A DNA stretch of 64,000 bases from Lingula anatina (taxonomy: Eukaryota > Animalia > Brachiopoda): positions 11,342,587 to 11,406,586 of the forward strand of contig CM120648.1 in NCBI GenBank assembly GCA_051362555.1, read 5' to 3'. Positions 1 through 12,497 of this stretch are shown here, piece after piece; position 1 is the first letter of the stretch; the number at the start of each line of letters is the position of its first letter. The translations under genes were made by a program, and so were the position numbers. The notes under the pieces were generated by a model that saw nothing but the letters and a program-made list of their open reading frames with translations, was not told the origin of the DNA and searched no databases.

Positions 1-1438
1 TATCACTATTCGCAATACGCGATGCTTTCGAGTTAAGGGGCCCAGTTCTTTCCTACTTACTGCCCTCACTGCGTTCTTTCACGTCCGACACAAGGATGGC
101 GCCTACTTTCTTGCGCCACTTCTTCGCATGTTTGGTTGCCGCCGCCAAGCCGGTCTTGGTAGTCTTCTTCGCTCCATGAATCACCCTGCAGCAGATGTAT
201 TACTTTGTTCATTTAGAGGAATGAATTTTACAGTCAATGACTGATGAAACCTCTATGTCAAAGAGTCAAACAGAGCAAGTAAATGGGCCAAACAGCACAA
301 CTAATGGAAAGTTACGGCTAGCAACAAGAGAGATTAGTTATCATTCTTTTATGAGGAGGTAATGGAAAATCTGTATTAATGGAAGTCGTGAACTTTGGTC
401 CACTAAGACACCATCACCAATTACGCAATTACATTACTATGATTGATGGCTTATTTTGCTAAGTTATCGAAAAATGAAATAATAATAGATATTACGTAAG
501 AGCGGTAGACATCACACCATTACCAAATTAGGTAATTTTATTAAATTGACGGGAAGCTTAGAATAAAAAGTTGTTGAAACCAAAGAATATCTGTGATGAT
601 TCATGATATTTCCTATCTACAAATATGTTATAATTTAATTGTGAGATTTTATTTATTATATTTTATTTTATTTTATTTATTATTTATTATTTTATTTGAG
701 AATATATTTGCCAACCTTTTTGGGGGTGTCGCACAGCAGAAACATAGGAGGAAATCAAGAACAATCACTGGCAGTAAAACCAATACGGCTAACCCACAGA
801 TGACGACAGCAATCACTGCCAACACGGCTAACCCAGAGATGACGACAGCAATCACTGGCAGTAAAACCAATGCGGCTAAAAGCATTGCTCTAGGTAAAAA
901 GTGAGAGAAACGGCACGAAGGTGAACGTTAGAGAAACAGCAAGTAGGAGAAAGGAAGTAGGAGTTTCCAATTATTTTCACCATCATGAATTGAGTGAGTT
1001 AAATGAAGTACATGAAAATAGAAACATAAATGCTTGAGTTGACAACAAAAATAATTGCTGTTCACAAATGCGTTTATTTAACTTACCTGATGCGTTAGAG
1101 AGTATAGATTACATTTTTGAGTTGTTGAATGATTTTATTTACAGTTATCCGCAGTTTATTTTGTTTGTTACTATGGAAGTGGTGTGACGTCACAATCTGC
1201 CAATGACGTCACGTGCACTAGTATGTATAGTGTCATGATGCGTGTAACGTAGACCGAATAATGGACTCAATAGGGACAATAGTTTTTTGAATGAGTATTG
1301 ATTTTTTTCTTTGTTACGTAATTTTGGCGTTGTTTACGTATAGCACGTTTTTGGGCCATCGCATGTCTTCAACACATCACCGACGTCACGTATCCTAGGA
1401 GTTTGTTTTTGTTTTTTTTTTTTTTTTGCTTTTTGTTC

Positions 1439-1480
1439 ATAATCCCCGAAGAAGGCCCAGGGGCCGAAAGCTCGGATTGT
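1439..1480 (+). ncRNA. Minimal type I hammerhead ribozyme-like motif of the Penelope-like element kind (U4C core variant)
   Basis: ATAATCC-CCGAAGA-A-GGCC-CAGG-GGCC-GAAA-GC-TC-GGATTGT. Stem I is ATAATCC/GGATTGT, the core is CCGAAGA (CUGANGA with U4C), stem II is GGCC/GGCC, followed by GAAA, a palindromic AGCT in place of helix III and a UC cleavage site. This matches the published architecture of PLE minimal hammerheads. Confidence 0.6.
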
Positions 1481-1757
1481 ATTTAACAGCTTTATTGAAG
1501 ATCTTTCTAGGTGCATCAATACATATACGTCTATTATTACCAAGATCTATACGGTGAATCAACATGAATCCTCAAGGTGCCATTTGTTGTACCGTATCAT
1601 CGTGCATGCTTTTGAGAAATGTTGATTTAATCAAATGCACAAGACTAGGGTCGATATTTCTCTATGTCAATAAACTGTAACTACGACAGACGTTCTAGAT
1701 GCACACAAAAATGTATAGTTGGCAAACAGTATAAATGTTCGCAGATTTAAAACAATT

Positions 1758-1828
1758 TGCATCGGCCGGGAATCGAACCCGGGCCGCCCGCGTGGCAGGC
1801 GAGCATTCTACCACTGAACCACCGATGC
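1758..1828 (-). tRNA. tRNA-Gly(GCC), copy 1
   Basis: Reverse complement GCATCGGTGGTTCAGTGGTAGAATGCTCGCCTGCCACGCGGGCGGCCCGGGTTCGATTCCCGGCCGATGCA: 71-nt cloverleaf, GCC anticodon, A and B boxes, TTTT terminator a few nt downstream. Confidence 0.97.
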
Positions 1829-2280
1829 GTGACATCAATCCGTGCATTTACTTAGATGGGACTCCAGACACCCTCCCCCCCCCCTCAACCCCACCCACCA
1901 CCAGCCAATAAAATTATCATTATGTTCGTAAATGTGCTGACATACTTAAGGTTGCAAAAGTTATTTTTTCTTCTTTGACTTTGACACCAGTACCTCTTAC
2001 ATGAAAAGTAACAATCTACATCTTGTCTGTTTCCGAAAGGTAAAGTAATTTACATAATTAGCTATACCTTCTGCTATTCACGTTGCGGGCGAGTTAAATA
2101 AGTGACTCAAAGACGATGGTATTATAAGCACTCTTTTTGAGTTGATGTGTAGAAAATGCAAACTTTGCAAATATCCATTTCGATTTTGGCACATCTTTCA
2201 TTAATAAAGGAAACACTTTGCCATGATTCGGCCATATTGGTGGCAAAGGTACCGGTATTCAGATTGGCTTGGTCTTATGC

Positions 2281-2594
2281 AGGCCTACCCAACTACCAGA
2301 CGCGGCACCTACGGATCCTGAATAAACCGGTATATCAGACCACACTACCCGTTTTCAAGGTGTGTGTCAGATCGCATTTCGGAGTATCATACCCCATCAC
2401 AAATTTTGTAGGCCTTCCTGTCATCCGGGTATCGCTTAGGATCATCGCTATCACATCGCGCGCCAGGCAAAATGGGTGAAGTGGCTGATACCCCGTATTG
2501 CGATCTGACACACACCTTGAAAACGGGTAATGTGGTCTGATATACCGGTTTATTCAGGATCCGTAGGTGCCGCGTCTGGTAGTTGGGTAGGCCT
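2281..2594. mobile_element. Foldback MITE with ~100-bp terminal inverted repeats
   Basis: AGGCCTACCCAACTACCAGACGCGGCACC... recurs in inverse orientation, ending ...GGTAGTTGGGTAGGCCT. Partial copies occur near 4810-4885 and 9952-10165. Confidence 0.8.
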
Positions 2595-3508
2595 ATTATG
2601 TGGACCAATGCCTTGGGTACAGATTCAGAGCACACGATGGATCACCCAGTATTATGGCACAGTATATCTATTTTCATCACGCGGTCCAGCACGATACCGA
2701 TAAAACTAACAAAATGTAGAAGAATAGTTCATAGATAGCCTATACAAGAAGTTAACGAAAAACAATGTGATTGCTGTCGTTTAGGATAAAATGCAGACAA
2801 AATAAGAGTTACCAGAGGTATAGGAAAGGCAAGACTTTGAAAAGCACCACTAAGGGTGAGTCAAAGCAGACAAAACGGAGGAAAAACGAGCAAAATTGGA
2901 GACGTTTTGGGGAAAACGCACCAAGGGGCTTAAGGGCGAGTCGAAATGTAAAGAGGAATAATTTATTAGTGTTTCCATATATTGTATATGCAGTTTTCAC
3001 TTCACAATGCTTATCACACTCTTGAAACCCTCATTCCTTGGCAAACAATGAACGATTGCATTTAGTCGACTAAATCCCGAATAGCTAATGCTGTTTCTTC
3101 TAGCCACACTTCATATATCCGACATTTTATTTCCTAACTGCCCCGCACAAAAACGAAGTAGATACTCCAGCGCAGTAGACTACTGCAATCATACTGCAAA
3201 CATGCTTCAAATCTGCTTCGATGTGGGAGCTAATTAGCATATTTGAAACATGCTTCTATCATGCTGCTAATCTACTGCATTTATGCTCCTCCTCTGTACA
3301 AACCTATGCAATTTTTGAAGTAGAATTGCAGTAGGGTATACTGCATTTCTACTGCAAATATGCTCCACACCTCTACTGCGTTAATGCTTCTTTGCTACTT
3401 CGATACTACTGCATTTTCATGATCATGACGTATTATCTATCAGGTAGGTGCGTGGTTTGGCTTTTATTTTGATCACCGCGTATGCTGTACTGCGTCATCA
3501 AAATATTA

Positions 3509-3676
3509 CAGGAGCGGATCCAGAGATATTTTCTGACAGTATTCCAAATGATCTTTGTTGATCCATCCTCCATTTTTGATGGTCTTCCAACAGAAAAAAA
3601 TAGATACCCATCAATATTAACTTAAAAATCTGACCGTCTTCCAGAAGACCCAGAAGACGGTCTCAATCCGCCCCTG
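3509..3676. mobile_element. Short MITE with CAGGGGCGGATCC-like TIRs
   Basis: CAGGAGCGGATCC...TCCGCCCCTG. Related termini occur at ~25308, 58405-58673 and 61021-61313. No clean TSD seen. Confidence 0.55.
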
Positions 3677-4414
3677 AATATGCACTCAACTTCTAACCTT
3701 AGCAAACGAAAACATGTCATTAATTATTATAACCGTTTGTAAGAGTTTCTTCCTTATATTGCCGTTTATAAACTCAAGTTTTCATATAAAAAAACCGCAG
3801 TGACGTCATAAAACCAATATTTCGTTTATGTATTTAGGCAAAGACAACGGTGTTACAGTATAGCTTGTTCTGCAGCAGAATGTGATTATAACACCAACCC
3901 CGAGTAAGTACCCAGAAATGTGAGACAATGAATAAAACTGATTACAACATATATTAGTGAACAAAGAATTGGATTTATTAGTAAAAATTATGATTTTGCC
4001 CACAAAACATGAAAAAACTTACATCGTCAACGAGATTTGCTTTTTGCTCGATACGAAGACACATTGGGTTTGTTTTCTCCTAGTTTTACAATAACGCTTT
4101 TTTTCTGTTTCAGCTGCGGTTGTTGCGAAGGGTTTGTCAGAGACGATTTTAACCAATGTGTACGACAACCATAAGTCATCGAGAGTGAGACACCTAGATG
4201 TATGGCTAAGGAACAAACAAGACGCATCAATAAGCTTGGTTATATAACAAATTCATTAAGATTGGCGGTTAAAATGTCACACTGTGTCTTGCATATATGA
4301 AATCGCAGTATTTGTCGTAATACTATATTTCAAAAATTGGTGCTTTTAATGAATAATTCTCGACAACGACACAACAACAATCCAAACAAAATCCCAGCGA
4401 CCGAGATCACGATA

Positions 4415-4603
4415 TTACGCATTCCAGGCTTTCAAAAGAGCTTCTTTGTTCGCCGTCACCCACTGCTCCAAGGTCGCCATCTTTGGGTTTAGACGCTTAC
4501 ATTCTTCTGGATTCCTGTCGATTCCACATTGGTAGAACCGAAACATGTTGGCCAACAGAACGGCACCGGGAAAACCAAACCCAGCCATCTGTTCAGCTGT
4601 CAT
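4415..4603 (-). CDS. NMRAL1: NMRAL1 coding exon 6 (terminal)
   Basis: TAG acceptor, then MTAEQMAGFGFPGAVLLANMFRFYQCGIDRNPEECKRLNPKMATLEQWVTANKEALLKAWNA*. Confidence 0.92.
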   Translation of the reverse strand: MTAEQMAGFGFPGAVLLANMFRFYQCGIDRNPEECKRLNPKMATLEQWVTANKEALLKAWNA

Positions 4604-7600
4604 CTACAAGATAAATAAATGAAAGAATGGATGCATATGTAAATAAATGGGATAGAATAAACAAGGCAGAAAAGCTGTCAAATGTACAGACAAAAAGCTG
4701 AAAATGACAATGCACAAAATAGGCTACTGTCAATTCTGATGCAAAAGTATATAATGCTTAACTGCAAATTCAACATCAAATTTTAATTATGCTCAACAGG
4801 TAATACCCATGCCTACCCAACTACCAGACTTGGCACATAAGGATCCTGAATTAACCGGTATATCGGTCCACACTACCCGTTTTACTCTTTTATTCTTCCA
4901 CTTATCATGTTTACGTGCTGAAAGTGCACGGCGACGGCGACGACAGACGCAGGTGATGGCAATATGTACAGACACATCTGTGTCTGTACATAAAAATAAC
5001 AATTTGACAAAGGCTTTGTGAGTCTTCGTAACCCATCCCCCCCCCCCCCCCCCAGTTACATCCTGGCATGCCGAGGCCGACATATTGGCAAACTTTCACA
5101 CCAAGGGGGATATTCATATAACTGCAGCTAAAATTGCTGCATCCAACCTTTTCACCAAATGCATAAAGGCAAGCTTTATTCTGTTAAATGAATGCGTTAG
5201 TATAACGTTTGTACAGTAATTATTTCAGTTGACTCTGTTTGCGAGCTTATCAGAATGACCTCTAGAAATGTAATATTGCAGCTAATAACCCTCGAGAAGG
5301 GCTGTTACCTTGGGATTAACGACAGTGACTCCCAGAATCTTGCTGAACATGTCGCAGTATTGGTCTATGGTGTATATCCAGCTGGCGAGCCCCAGAGACT
5401 TCCCGATCCACTCTCCGGGGTTGTTAAACAGCTGATGGACACACTCCCCTGCGTCTGTGCACACCATCATGTAGAATGGAACATCTCCCATTGGTAAACC
5501 TGAAGGGAAAATGAACTGAAAGATCTGGATTACTGGTTTACAGAAAAAGTGTGGCATAGAAGTTTAGTCTTTTACAAAAGGCCGCGCCACAAAGACTCTC
5601 AAACACGTGGTGCTTTTCTATTGAAAGATGTCGATTCTACCCCAGTACTTGGTACAGTATGAAATAAAAGTAGCACATTGAGTAATTTCATGCATTAAAC
5701 GTGGAATGAGACAAAGGAACTGATTGCAATTTTAAAACCATGCGCACGGGCCAGCCATATATATATATATTATAAGTGAGATATTATATATCTCACTGTC
5801 ATTTTAAGTATGCTTGGCATTTTATGTGTTTAAGACTTATCAGAATTAATGTTATTTTGTCACCAATATTATTATTTCTAAGAAAAGTGCATAAACAAAA
5901 TAACAACCGATGGCCTCCACTGCCATTCTCTTTATAAATGCAACTGCGAATGCAAAGAACTCTTCTTATCGTTGACAGTGCCTTCCGTTAGTTGACGTCA
6001 ATTTTGGTTAAATAACGTTTGAAGCAGCTGGCTTACCCAAAGCAAAATGTCCGTCCTGTGTCTTTTGGGGTTTCATCATACCGAAAAGGTTCTCGGCGTA
6101 GAAAGCATACCGCACAACCGTTTGGGGAATTCCTGTAAATAATAATAAAAAAGACTTAGACCGCATTCATATCGAGTTGAGACATGGATCTACAAAGTCA
6201 CGAACTAAATATGGCGGACGTACATGAAAGGAAAACCGCCTAATCTTTTTTAAAATAGTCTCCCCGCCTCTCACACGCCTCCCCATGTGTCGTCCCAATG
6301 GAGCCGAGATTTAATGACTGTACCCCCGCAGGGGGCTAAATTAGCTATCAAGTTAGTTCTGTCTCTCAAGTCTATACGAAAACTACTGAACTAATACTGG
6401 CAACGGAAATCCACCAAGATAAAATAAAACAACGTCACTACTAGTAGAGAACGTACTAGAACCGGCGAGTGCTGGGTTCGGCTCTTTGGCAATAAGGCTG
6501 AAATTTGCTGTGTTGGGAATATCTTTTTAGAAAACAATACAAAAGTCAAACGCAAAACATATTGACAACGAATTGTCGTGCATTTGACTGTAATTCGATA
6601 GAACTTAACGGCAACCATCCAAAAAATATGCATGGATAAATTTGCCAATTTTTATTCGTTTGCGCATCGCAACCGCTAGACTGCTACATGTATTATATTT
6701 GATCCAAATCTCTCCAATTCGGTGAATCCTAGAGGATTTGACGCAAGGCGCGAGACGTAGCGACAAATAATGTATTCTGGTTCCCTGTTAGCCAGCTTTA
6801 TTTCTTGAGATGCAGAAAACTAGAGCACACCCTGCAATGGTGTTGCAGCAAAAAAGAACCTTAGCCAAAAATCAGGTTTGTACTTTAAGATCAAACATTA
6901 GTTCTGCCTCGGATTAACATGAATTGATAACAGTCCACTAGAAAAAAAAACGTCCTGGTCTGATCCAACACTTCTTTTGTGGTATAAAAATAATCGCAGC
7001 ATTTCATTACTGGAGATTTGGGTAAAAGTAGACTACATGTACAGTCCACAATTGACTACAGACTACCATACGGCCCCAGGCAACAAACAAAAATACGGGC
7101 CCTGGGAGCGATCTTTTCAGCAAGTTCTACATATTTCGCGCTTGTCAAGCTAGTCAAGTAAATCAGTTACTTTCTCTCAATGCCTTTATGTTCCTACTGA
7201 AAACCTTGTCTCGCTGCAAATGACATTACAGATACAGAGTAGCAAGATATGACGTTAGGTCAATGTTAACGTAACTTGTCGAATTCGGACCTTACCGTGC
7301 ATGTAATGAGTCACGTCTTGCCAATGATCAATCAAACCGTGGACCAACAGCGGGCAAATAAGACTCCGTTCACATGAAAAATCTATTTTCTAAAAATCTA
7401 TTTTCTATTCGCGGTATCTTGTGATCACTCCGAGCGCAGCCGAGAATTAATTACAGCTTTGGAAGTAACTGGCTCGCGCTGCCAGTAATTACGCCGCGGG
7501 GTATTCAGGGCAGAGACCGTGATCACAAGATACCACGAATAGAAAATAGATTTTTAGGAAATAGATTTTTCATGTGAATGAAGCCTAACACACACTCCTG

Positions 7601-8328
7601 TACCGTGGGCCGACGTCGGACCACTGCTGTCTTGCTATATTCATGTTCTATTATATGTAGCATCTTCGAAAAATTGTGTTTTCACCTTTTGCTTTTATAT
7701 ATTCCTCAACAGCCGCTTTCCCGTCAAAGTTTGCCAAGGGAATACCCTTTAGTTTCTCTGATGGCTCCATGCCGCTGTAAACAAGATGCTTCACACCACA
7801 GTCTGCGCATGCGTCGGCAATGTTTTTGCCCTGGTTACAAACAATAGATAGATATGGGCAGCGATTTTGTAAGTACTGGTAAGCATGTAAAACAGAATAA
7901 CATATATTTCTAAACCAAATGGATAAGTAAACTTATTAATTTTCATATTTACAACAGGCCCGTAGCCAGCAATTTGAAAGGGGGGGGGGGTCTTTTTCTA
8001 AAAAATTGGACCTTTTACCATATAATCCCCATGTACCTAGGTCAAATTTTACCCAGAGTGGACCTTTTTCCAGCAAAAAGGGCGGTCTGACGTCATGTGC
8101 AATCTTTCTTAATGGATGCTAGAGTGTATTTAAATAATTAGCTGACGCCAGGGATGATAAGTTGAATCCTGTTGCTCATACCTGTTGAATTTCTTTTTCT
8201 TTATCATGGTACTCCCAGTAGTTGGTGACAGCAAAGCAGCCATAAGCACCGCTCAGAGCCGACTTCAGGGACGCCACGTCATCAATGTCTGCCTTGACGA
8301 CCTCACAACCTGTAGTAAATGTGCGTCA

Positions 8329-8405
<77 letters not shown>

Positions 8406-8845
8406 GAGGGAGGGATAGAGATAGGGAGAGACAGAAACTGAGAGAGAAAGGATGGAGAGAGTGAGAAATAAAGGAAAGGAGGCAGATAGAGATCCAGAGA
8501 AGGACGAAAAGAGAGAGGGATGAGAGGAGGGGTGCGGAAGGTTACAGTAATCCACATATATATATTAATCTACATCAAAGCCATTACAGCAACTCGTGTT
8601 TGCCTAAAATCACTTAAAGAAAACTGGGTATAATTCAGTAGGTAGAACTTGCTTACATCATTACAGTGTAGTTGGTCAAGTTAAGACTGACCTATCTGAC
8701 CCAGAGCCTTGGCTTTAGGGCTACCAGGGCTACGAGTGACCGCTCGCACTTTGTACTGGGGGTCCCCTGCCAGGTCCTTGGCGACAGGCCCCCCTTGGGC
8801 CCCAGTGGCGCCAAATACTACGACAATCTGGAATGTAAATGACAT
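4415..8845 (-). CDS. NMRAL1: NmrA-like family domain-containing protein 1 (NADPH sensor, atypical SDR), 6 coding exons, ~300 aa
   Basis: Exons 8845-8692, 8309-8182, 7830-7686, 6132-6037, 5499-5309 and 4603-4415, all with GT-AG boundaries and compatible phases (903 nt in total). Motifs: VVVFGATGAQGG Rossmann fold, VRAVTR, AYGCFAVTNYWE, GVKHLVYSG, FDGKAAVEEY, FGFPGAVLLANMFRFY. The start codon at 8845 is in frame, but a further upstream exon using the CAG at 8828-8830 cannot be excluded. Confidence 0.92.
5309..5499 (-). CDS. NMRAL1: NMRAL1 coding exon 5
   Basis: GLPMGDVPFYMMVCTDAGECVHQLFNNPGEWIGKSLGLASWIYTIDQYCDMFSKILGVTVVNPK, bounded by CAG and GTAACA. Confidence 0.9.
6037..6132 (-). CDS. NMRAL1: NMRAL1 coding exon 4
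   Basis: GIPQTVVRYAFYAENLFGMMKPQKTQDGHFAL, bounded by CAG and GTAAGC. Confidence 0.9.
7362..7585. mobile_element. PIF/Harbinger-type (Tourist-like) MITE, family A, copy 1
   Basis: Long TIRs (GACTCCGTTCACATGAAAAATCTATTTTCT...), flanked by TAA on both sides. Lies in NMRAL1 intron 3. Confidence 0.85.
7686..7830 (-). CDS. NMRAL1: NMRAL1 coding exon 3
   Basis: GKNIADACADCGVKHLVYSGMEPSEKLKGIPLANFDGKAAVEEYIKAK, bounded by CAG and GTGAAA. Confidence 0.92.
7955..8085. mobile_element. MITE family E (CAGGCCCGTAGCCAG TIR), partial copy
   Basis: Homologous to 37079-37236 and, in inverse orientation, to 55625-55780. Confidence 0.65.
8182..8309 (-). CDS. NMRAL1: NMRAL1 coding exon 2
   Basis: GCEVVKADIDDVASLKSALSGAYGCFAVTNYWEYHDKEKEIQQ, bounded by CAG and GTATGA. 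Confidence 0.92.
8328..8400. repeat. Compound (GT)n(GA)n microsatellite
   Basis: Seen directly, in NMRAL1 intron 1. Confidence 0.95.
8692..8845 (-). CDS. NMRAL1: NMRAL1 coding exon 1
   Basis: MSFTFQIVVVFGATGAQGGPVAKDLAGDPQYKVRAVTRSPGSPKAKALGQI, donor GTCAGT. Confidence 0.88.
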
Positions 8846-8919
8846 TATGACGTTAGTTATACTTGTACATTAAGGCCTTTTTTTTACATCGATTAATATT
8901 CTTTGAGAGGTTGGTGTGA

Positions 8920-9090
8920 CGACCGATATGCCCGACAGGCCAGATATGCCCTACGACCAGAGAACAGGCCAGGTATGTCCGACAAAAAAGAGCCAGTTGT
9001 GTCCGACAGGCCAGATATGTCCGACAAAAAAGAGCCAGTTGTGTCCGACATATCTGGCCTTCTCTGGTCGTAGGACATGTCGGGTCGACA
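8920..9090. repeat. Small palindromic element with internal CCGACAGGCCAGATATG repeats
   Basis: CCTACGACCAGAGAA ... TTCTCTGGTCGTAGG inverted arms enclosing duplicated GTCCGACAAAAAAGAGCCAGTTGT units. Confidence 0.6.
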
Positions 9091-10507
9091 CAGGGGGGCT
9101 TAGGGATATCGCTGGATGAAAAGGGCCTCACATAACTGTAACAGCATTAAACTTCTTTATTGGCTTTGACTTATTGCTACAAGTGTCATTGAAAATAAAC
9201 AATAAAACTTAAATGAAATAGTAACTGCTTTTAAGTAATTAAAATTACATACACTTATTTCTGTACACTTCTTACTAAATGCAAACCAGAACTTTAAAAC
9301 CTAAGCATAACTGTTAAGTAATTTTATACATTAGTAATAATATAGATTCTATTGTTTAATCTTACATGAACGTTTGTCCTCTTAAACCCCTTAAACTTGA
9401 CGTCGGACTACAACCAAAGTCACTTGCCTGTTATAAAGCATAAGCCTTAATAAAACATTAATATTTAACAGATAAAAACTAACGCTACGGAGGCGATTGT
9501 GCTTGTTACGCCCTACCAATATATTCAAGTTTTAGAACACGTGTTTCAAAGCTCACCTTAAGTGCCTCTTTAAGTTTCTTTAAATGTAAATACTGACGTT
9601 AAGCTAAAAAAATGTCGGTAGATGAAATGTTAAACCTTAGATGTCATCCATGTTATGTACATCGATGTTCATGAAAGACACCAACAAAGTCAATCACAAT
9701 ATATAGGTTACGGTTGATTGGTTACTTGGCCTGTTACGTCCAGTCACTTGACCAGTTAATGACTTTAATTATTGCCAAACTCAAATAAGATTCCACTTCT
9801 CCGCCTTGATTAAGGACAAGCATACATGCAGTGTAATATTGGAATGTATCATATAGCCTTTAAAGGAGTTTAAAGTTAACAGGCCTACAATGTAGTTTGA
9901 GAGCACACGAGGCGACGCATGGCAGGCCGTCAGGTATTGAGACTATAGTACCAGGCCTACCCAACTACCAAACTCGGCACCGAATGATCCTGAATTCACC
10001 GGTAGATCAGACCACACTACCCGTTTTTAAGGTGTGTGTCAAATCGCATTACACAGTATCAGACGCGACACCGCTCTTGCCTAGTACGCGACGTGATAGT
10101 GACGATTCTCAGCGGGGTTGAAAAGCATTGCATCACCATTCAAAATTTGTTCAGGGTATGATACTATAGGCGGGACAGACGCTTAAGCCGGCCAAGCTGG
10201 CAGTAATCTAGTGAGACTCCACACAGGGATAGATCGATCTAAAAATCTATGGAAATGGGGCGTAAGGATTTATGCCTTAATTATCATCCAGATACCGAAA
10301 ATGAGGTTTCTCCTGCCTCTAATTATTCAATAATGCTTCTACCTTTGTTCTAATTTAAAATAATAAAAGTCCCCTTGAAAATGTAAATTATCGAATGTAT
10401 GTAAGGCAGTAAATAAAGAATTTTTGGCAAATAACGTGACAGATCGAGTGGTGCATCTCGCATCTCAATTCTCACAGCTGCCTGCAGTTGTCAAGTTGAT
10501 GACCTAA

Positions 10508-10731
10508 GACTCCGTTCACATGAAAAATCTATTCTCTAAAATTCTATTTTCTATTCGCGGTATTTTGTGATCACTCCGAGCGCAGCCGAGAACTAATTGC
10601 AGCTTTGGAAGTAACTGGCTCGCGCTGCCAGTAATTACTCCGCGGGGTATTCAGGACAGAGACCGTGATCACAAGATACCGCGAATAGAAAATAGATTTT
10701 TAGAAAATAGATTTTTCATGTGAACGAAGCC
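10508..10731. mobile_element. PIF/Harbinger-type MITE, family A, copy 2
   Basis: Near-identical to 7362-7585 (224 bp), TAA on both flanks. Confidence 0.85.
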
Positions 10732-11653
10732 TAATTCTTGGCTAGGGTCAGTTTGGGCGAAACATCGCATATTGATACAGACCCGTATGCAGGTAAAACG
10801 ATTTGAAAAAAAAAACATTGGTTTGAAAAAGCGTTCTGCGAATAAAAATTGGTCTGGGTTGTACATCATCAATGTAATTTTAAAGTCAGGTCACCTGAAG
10901 GGGCAAAATGTCAGATTTTGTCGAAAAAAACCCTCTGAATTGGCCGGCTACAGGCTACACACACACACCCACACACACACAGAGATAAAGAGCATTCCAG
11001 TGGCGTTATTTATACACTCTGGGCATCATGTTACATTCTAAACATGTTAGAAAGTATTTTAAGTATTTCAGCTGCATAGTGTTTGAATTCTTTATATTCC
11101 AAACCATCGGGAGCATTTTGACTGCATTTGAGTTCGCTCCGTATATCATTCGAGGCACCTTCTTATATACTTCAGCCTGTATTCGGCCAGCATTCAAACC
11201 ACACGCAAGGCATTTGAATTTCATTCGGAATATTCTGACTGCATTCTAACAATATTTGCAATATTCCTACAGTATTCCAACTACAATTTGAAATTCCCTC
11301 CCAATTATGGTACGAGTTTTTCAATTAATTCATTCCAGCTGGATCTGCTGGATTCCTGCTGGTTCCGAATAAGTGTGACGGGGCCCTTAAGTCACGTGCC
11401 AGTTCGAATATCCCTCGAATGCGATCAGAATGTTTCGAATATTGCCAATTCGGGACATCGTAATATCGATTCGTTTAATGGGACGCGATATCACGATAGC
11501 ACGATGCGATAGCACGATAGCACGATGCGATATCACGATAGCACGATGCGATACCACGATAGCACGATGCTATACATGTACCACGATAGCACGATGCGAT
11601 ACCACGATACCACGATGCAGCCACCATAACAATGCCACTCCCTCTCTCTCTTA

Positions 11654-12155
11654 TGGTGGCTGATTCGGGACATCGTAATATCGATTCGTTTAATGGGACG
11701 CGATATTGCGATATCACGATAGCACGATGCGATACCACGACAGCACGGTGCGATATCACGATAGCACGATGCGATACCACGATAGCACGATGCGATACCA
11801 CGATAGCACGATGCGATAGCACGATGCGATATCACGATAGCACGATGCGATACCACGATAGCACGATGCGATACCACGATAGCACGATGCGATACCACGA
11901 TAGCACGATGCGATACTACGATAGCACGATGCGATACCACGATAGCACGATGCGATAGCACGATGCGATACTACGATAGCACGATGCGATAGCACGATGC
12001 GATACTACGATAGCACGATGCGATATCACGATAGCACGTTGCGATACCACGATAGCACGATGCGATATCACGATAGCATGATGCGATACCACGATAGCAC
12101 GATGCGATATCACGATAGCACGAAGCGATACCACGATGTCCCGAATCAGCCACCA
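11654..12155. mobile_element. TIR element with TA flanks carrying an internal ~21-bp minisatellite (GATAGCACGATGCGATACCAC)n
   Basis: TA|TGGTGGCTGATTCGGGACATCGT ... ACGATGTCCCGAATCAGCCACCA|TA. A partial second copy lies at ~11448-11627. Confidence 0.75.
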
Positions 12156-12497
12156 TACTCTCGTCCTCCATAACTCAGTTATCGTTGTACATATGTACTC
12201 TGTACTTACGCGAGCTGACTTGTCCGCCATCTTTGCATGAATGAGGCGACCCAAGCTGAGGTGAAGTGTGCCAAATGGGTTTACAAAACACTTGAATGCG
12301 CGCGTTAAGAAAAAAAACTACTCGCGCCTATTGTCGAACAGCGGCAAGCGTATTGTAGAAAACTGGTAGAGCTTACATGCAAAACAAATTGCATGAAGGG
12401 AAAAATGTATTTATGAAAGGAGTGCTTTTTGGTATAGATAAAGTACGAGGCGCTGAGCTTTACGAGAAATAGAGCAGATATTGGCGAGGCGAAGCCG

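Noticed and set aside
240-275. Second hammerhead starting at CTGATGA
   Set aside because: There is no GAAA after the putative stem II and no convincing stem I.
593-904. 103-aa ORF with TTAITANTANP repeats
   Set aside because: It consists of an AT-rich low-complexity start plus a short ~36-bp tandem repeat, with no recognisable domain.
11430-12254. Overlapping ORFs with SHRAIVV / IARCDTT repeats
   Set aside because: These are translations of a 21-bp minisatellite inside a TIR element.
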